Assembly: GCA_038087875.1 (NCBI GenBank)
Contig: JAXLNO010000482.1
Coordinates: 46,857-66,856, forward strand
DNA: 20,000 bases
Reading direction: 5' to 3'
Origin: Malacoraja senta
Lineage: Eukaryota
Part shown: positions 18,456-20,000 of the stretch, piece after piece
Position numbering within the stretch: position 1 is the stretch's first letter
Layout: the number at the start of each line of letters is the position of its first letter
Notes under the pieces: generated by a model
The model's database searches: none
What the model was told of the DNA's origin: nothing
What the model saw: only the letters and a program-made list of their open reading frames with translations
Translations under genes and position numbers: made by a program

Positions 18456-18549
18456 GTACACAAAAATGCTGGAGAAACTCAGCGGGTGCAGCAGCATCTA
18501 TGGAGCGAAGGAAATAGGCAACGTTTCGGGCCGAAACCCTTCTTCAGAC
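18456..18549 (-). mobile_element. 94-bp PLE/hammerhead module with 6-bp TSD
   Basis: TCCCTC occurs at 18450-18455 and 18550-18555. Near-identical to 6094-6190. Confidence 0.88.
18517..18549 (-). ncRNA. Minimal hammerhead ribozyme motif
   Basis: Minus strand CUGAAGA-A-GGGU(UUCG)GCCC-GAAA-CGUU, identical to 6097-6124. Confidence 0.7.
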
Positions 18550-18807
18550 TCCCTCCTCATCTCCTTCCTAAAGGAACGTCCTTTAATTCTGAGGCGATCT
18601 ACAGTCCTACACTCTCCAACTCATAGAAACATCCTCTCCACATCCATTCTATCTAAGCCTTTCACTAATCGGTAAGCTTCAATGAGGTGTCCTCTCATCC
18701 TTCTAACCTCCAGCAATATACTTGGCAAGCAAGTGTTTTTCTATGTGTAGGAAGGAACTGCATAGGGAGGTTTATACAGAAGGTAGACACAAAATGGTGG
18801 AATAACT

Positions 18808-19396
18808 GGGCGGCACCGTAGCGCAGCGGTAGAGTCGCAGCCTCACAACACCAGGGACCCAGGTTCGATCCTAACTACAGGTGCTGTCTGTACGGCATTT
18901 GTACGTTCTGCCTGTGATCTGCGTGGGTTTTCTCCAGGGTGTCCGGTTTCCTCCCACACTCTAAAGACGCACAGGTTTGTAGATTAATTGGCTTGGTAAA
19001 ATTGTAAATTGTCCCAAGTGTGTGTAGGAGAGTGTTAGGTTATAATAAATGTTATCAACATTTTATTTCATGGTCATTCCAATGGAGTAAATTCGATGAT
19101 TTACAAGAGGCACAAGAGACTACAGATGCTGGAATCTGGGCAGTTAAAGCAAACTCCTGCTTTGGGTCGAGCAGATTGTTGTTAGTGATTTACTACATCA
19201 TAGAAACATGGAAAATAGGTGCAGGACGAGGCCACTTGGCCCTTCGAACCTGCACCGCCATCCATTGTGATCATGGCAGATCATCCACAATCAGTAATCC
19301 GTGCCTGCCGTGCCTTTGTTTAACGCGGGGATCGCTGGTCAGTGTAAACTCAACGGAGCAGCGTCCAGCGCTGTATCTCGAAAATTAAAACAAAAA
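18808..19396 (+). mobile_element. V-SINE (18808-19038 + 19318-19396), split by a duplicated segment
   Basis: A box TAGCGCAGCGG (18819), B box GGTTCGATCCT (18862) and V core. The 3' part resumes at GCGGGGATCGCTGGTC. Confidence 0.9.
19048..19309 (+). repeat. Dispersed duplication, copy of 7577-7838
   Basis: Direct alignment, roughly 85-90% identity by eye. Confidence 0.9.
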
Positions 19397-19456
19397 TAGG
19401 AACAGGTGACGTATCAGGTCGGAATCCTTCTTTAGACTTAGCATTTTTATGTTTTA

Positions 19457-19845
19457 CTAGACTAAGTGCAGACCCGTTGGGGAGCTGATGAAGAGGTGCC
19501 ATTGTGATGTCATTGTGGCACTCGGCAGCTTGAGAGCCCATTGTGATTGGTGCACTGTGAGTGGCATTGTGACATCATCAGTGGAAAGCCCTGGAAAAAG
19601 GCTATGTGTGAGAACAGTTTTTTTGCCTTTTTTAAAAACTTGAATCGTCAATAACTTGTGAAATATAGGATGAAAATTTCAGTGAAACTGATTACTGCTT
19701 GGAGGGAAAAAATGTGTCTGAATATGTTAAAATGTGAGCGCAAGCGCGTAGCGTTTTGACAAAGGTAGAAAAACACATACATACACACGCACACGTACAC
19801 ACACGTATGCATACATACAAGATGAGACTTTTATAGGTGTATAGA
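19457..19845 (-). mobile_element. Non-autonomous Helitron
   Basis: Minus strand A|TCTATACACCTATAAAA...(TGTA/TG)n...CCCCAACGGGTCTGCACTTAGTCTAG|T. It has a 5' TC, a 3' CTAG, an AT target, no TSD and a degenerate subterminal hairpin. Confidence 0.75.
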
Positions 19846-19892
19846 TAGTGGGAATTTTTATATCCAATTTTAATTTTTGAAACTTACCAAAT

Positions 19893-20000
19893 AATGAAAG
19901 GCCTGGATAAAGCACATGTGTAGAGGGTGTTTCCACTAATAGGAAAGTCTAGGACCAGAGGTCATAGCCTCAGAATAAAAGGACATATCTTTGAAAAGGA
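19893..20000 (+). mobile_element. CR1 ORF2 fragment running off the window
   Basis: MKGLDKAHV*RVFPLIGKSRTRGHSLRIKG. Confidence 0.85.

Larger units (their letters stand above)
17516..18716 (-). mobile_element. CR1 3' fragment (17516-17578, 18274-18455, 18550-18716), split twice
   Basis: Rejoins as CCATTCAAT|CATG.CTGATCTAT and as GAAATCCCTC|CTCATCTCC. Confidence 0.85.
18745..19438 (-). mobile_element. Degenerate PLE/hammerhead module (18745-18807 + 19397-19438), split by a SINE
   Basis: Minus strand AGTCTAAAGAAGGATTCCGACCTGATACGTCACCTGTTCC ... AGTTATTCCACCATTTTGTGTCTACC. Confidence 0.6.

Noticed and set aside
18808..18880. tRNA gene (A/B boxes; also at 3579 and other SINE heads)
   Set aside because: Each head runs into a V domain or SINE body and has no proper cloverleaf, so these are SINE heads.
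19485..19510. Additional hammerhead at CTGATGAAGAGG
   Set aside because: There is no stem II, GAAA or module tail downstream.

Overview
Non-genic, repeat-saturated vertebrate DNA. The combination of CR1/HER1-type LINEs, HE1/V-SINE-type tRNA SINEs and Rex1/Babar LINEs suggests a cartilaginous fish, probably a skate or ray (inference). I see no host gene, rRNA, tRNA or CRISPR feature, and all long ORFs are transposon remnants or chance frames. The window holds a 2.7-kb 5'-truncated CR1 (APE + RT, disrupted) and many shorter CR1 pieces, Rex1/Babar 3' fragments, and about 10 V-SINE copies or fragments. It also holds a palindromic Harbinger-like MITE, a non-autonomous Helitron, an unclassified 820-bp GC-rich retroposon and Penelope-like (PLE) remnants. 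The most notable signal is about 9 copies of a short module beginning with a minimal hammerhead-ribozyme motif (CTGANGA-A-stem II-GAAA-CGT[C/T]). Several are ~95-130-bp insertions with their own target-site duplications, and the module is linked through a shared 3'UTR to a Penelope GIY-YIG fragment. Also notable are two dispersed duplications copied from one donor zone (7.6-8.8 kb), a snap-back hairpin at a CR1 5' junction, and several multi-level nested insertions. All coordinates and alignments were read by eye.
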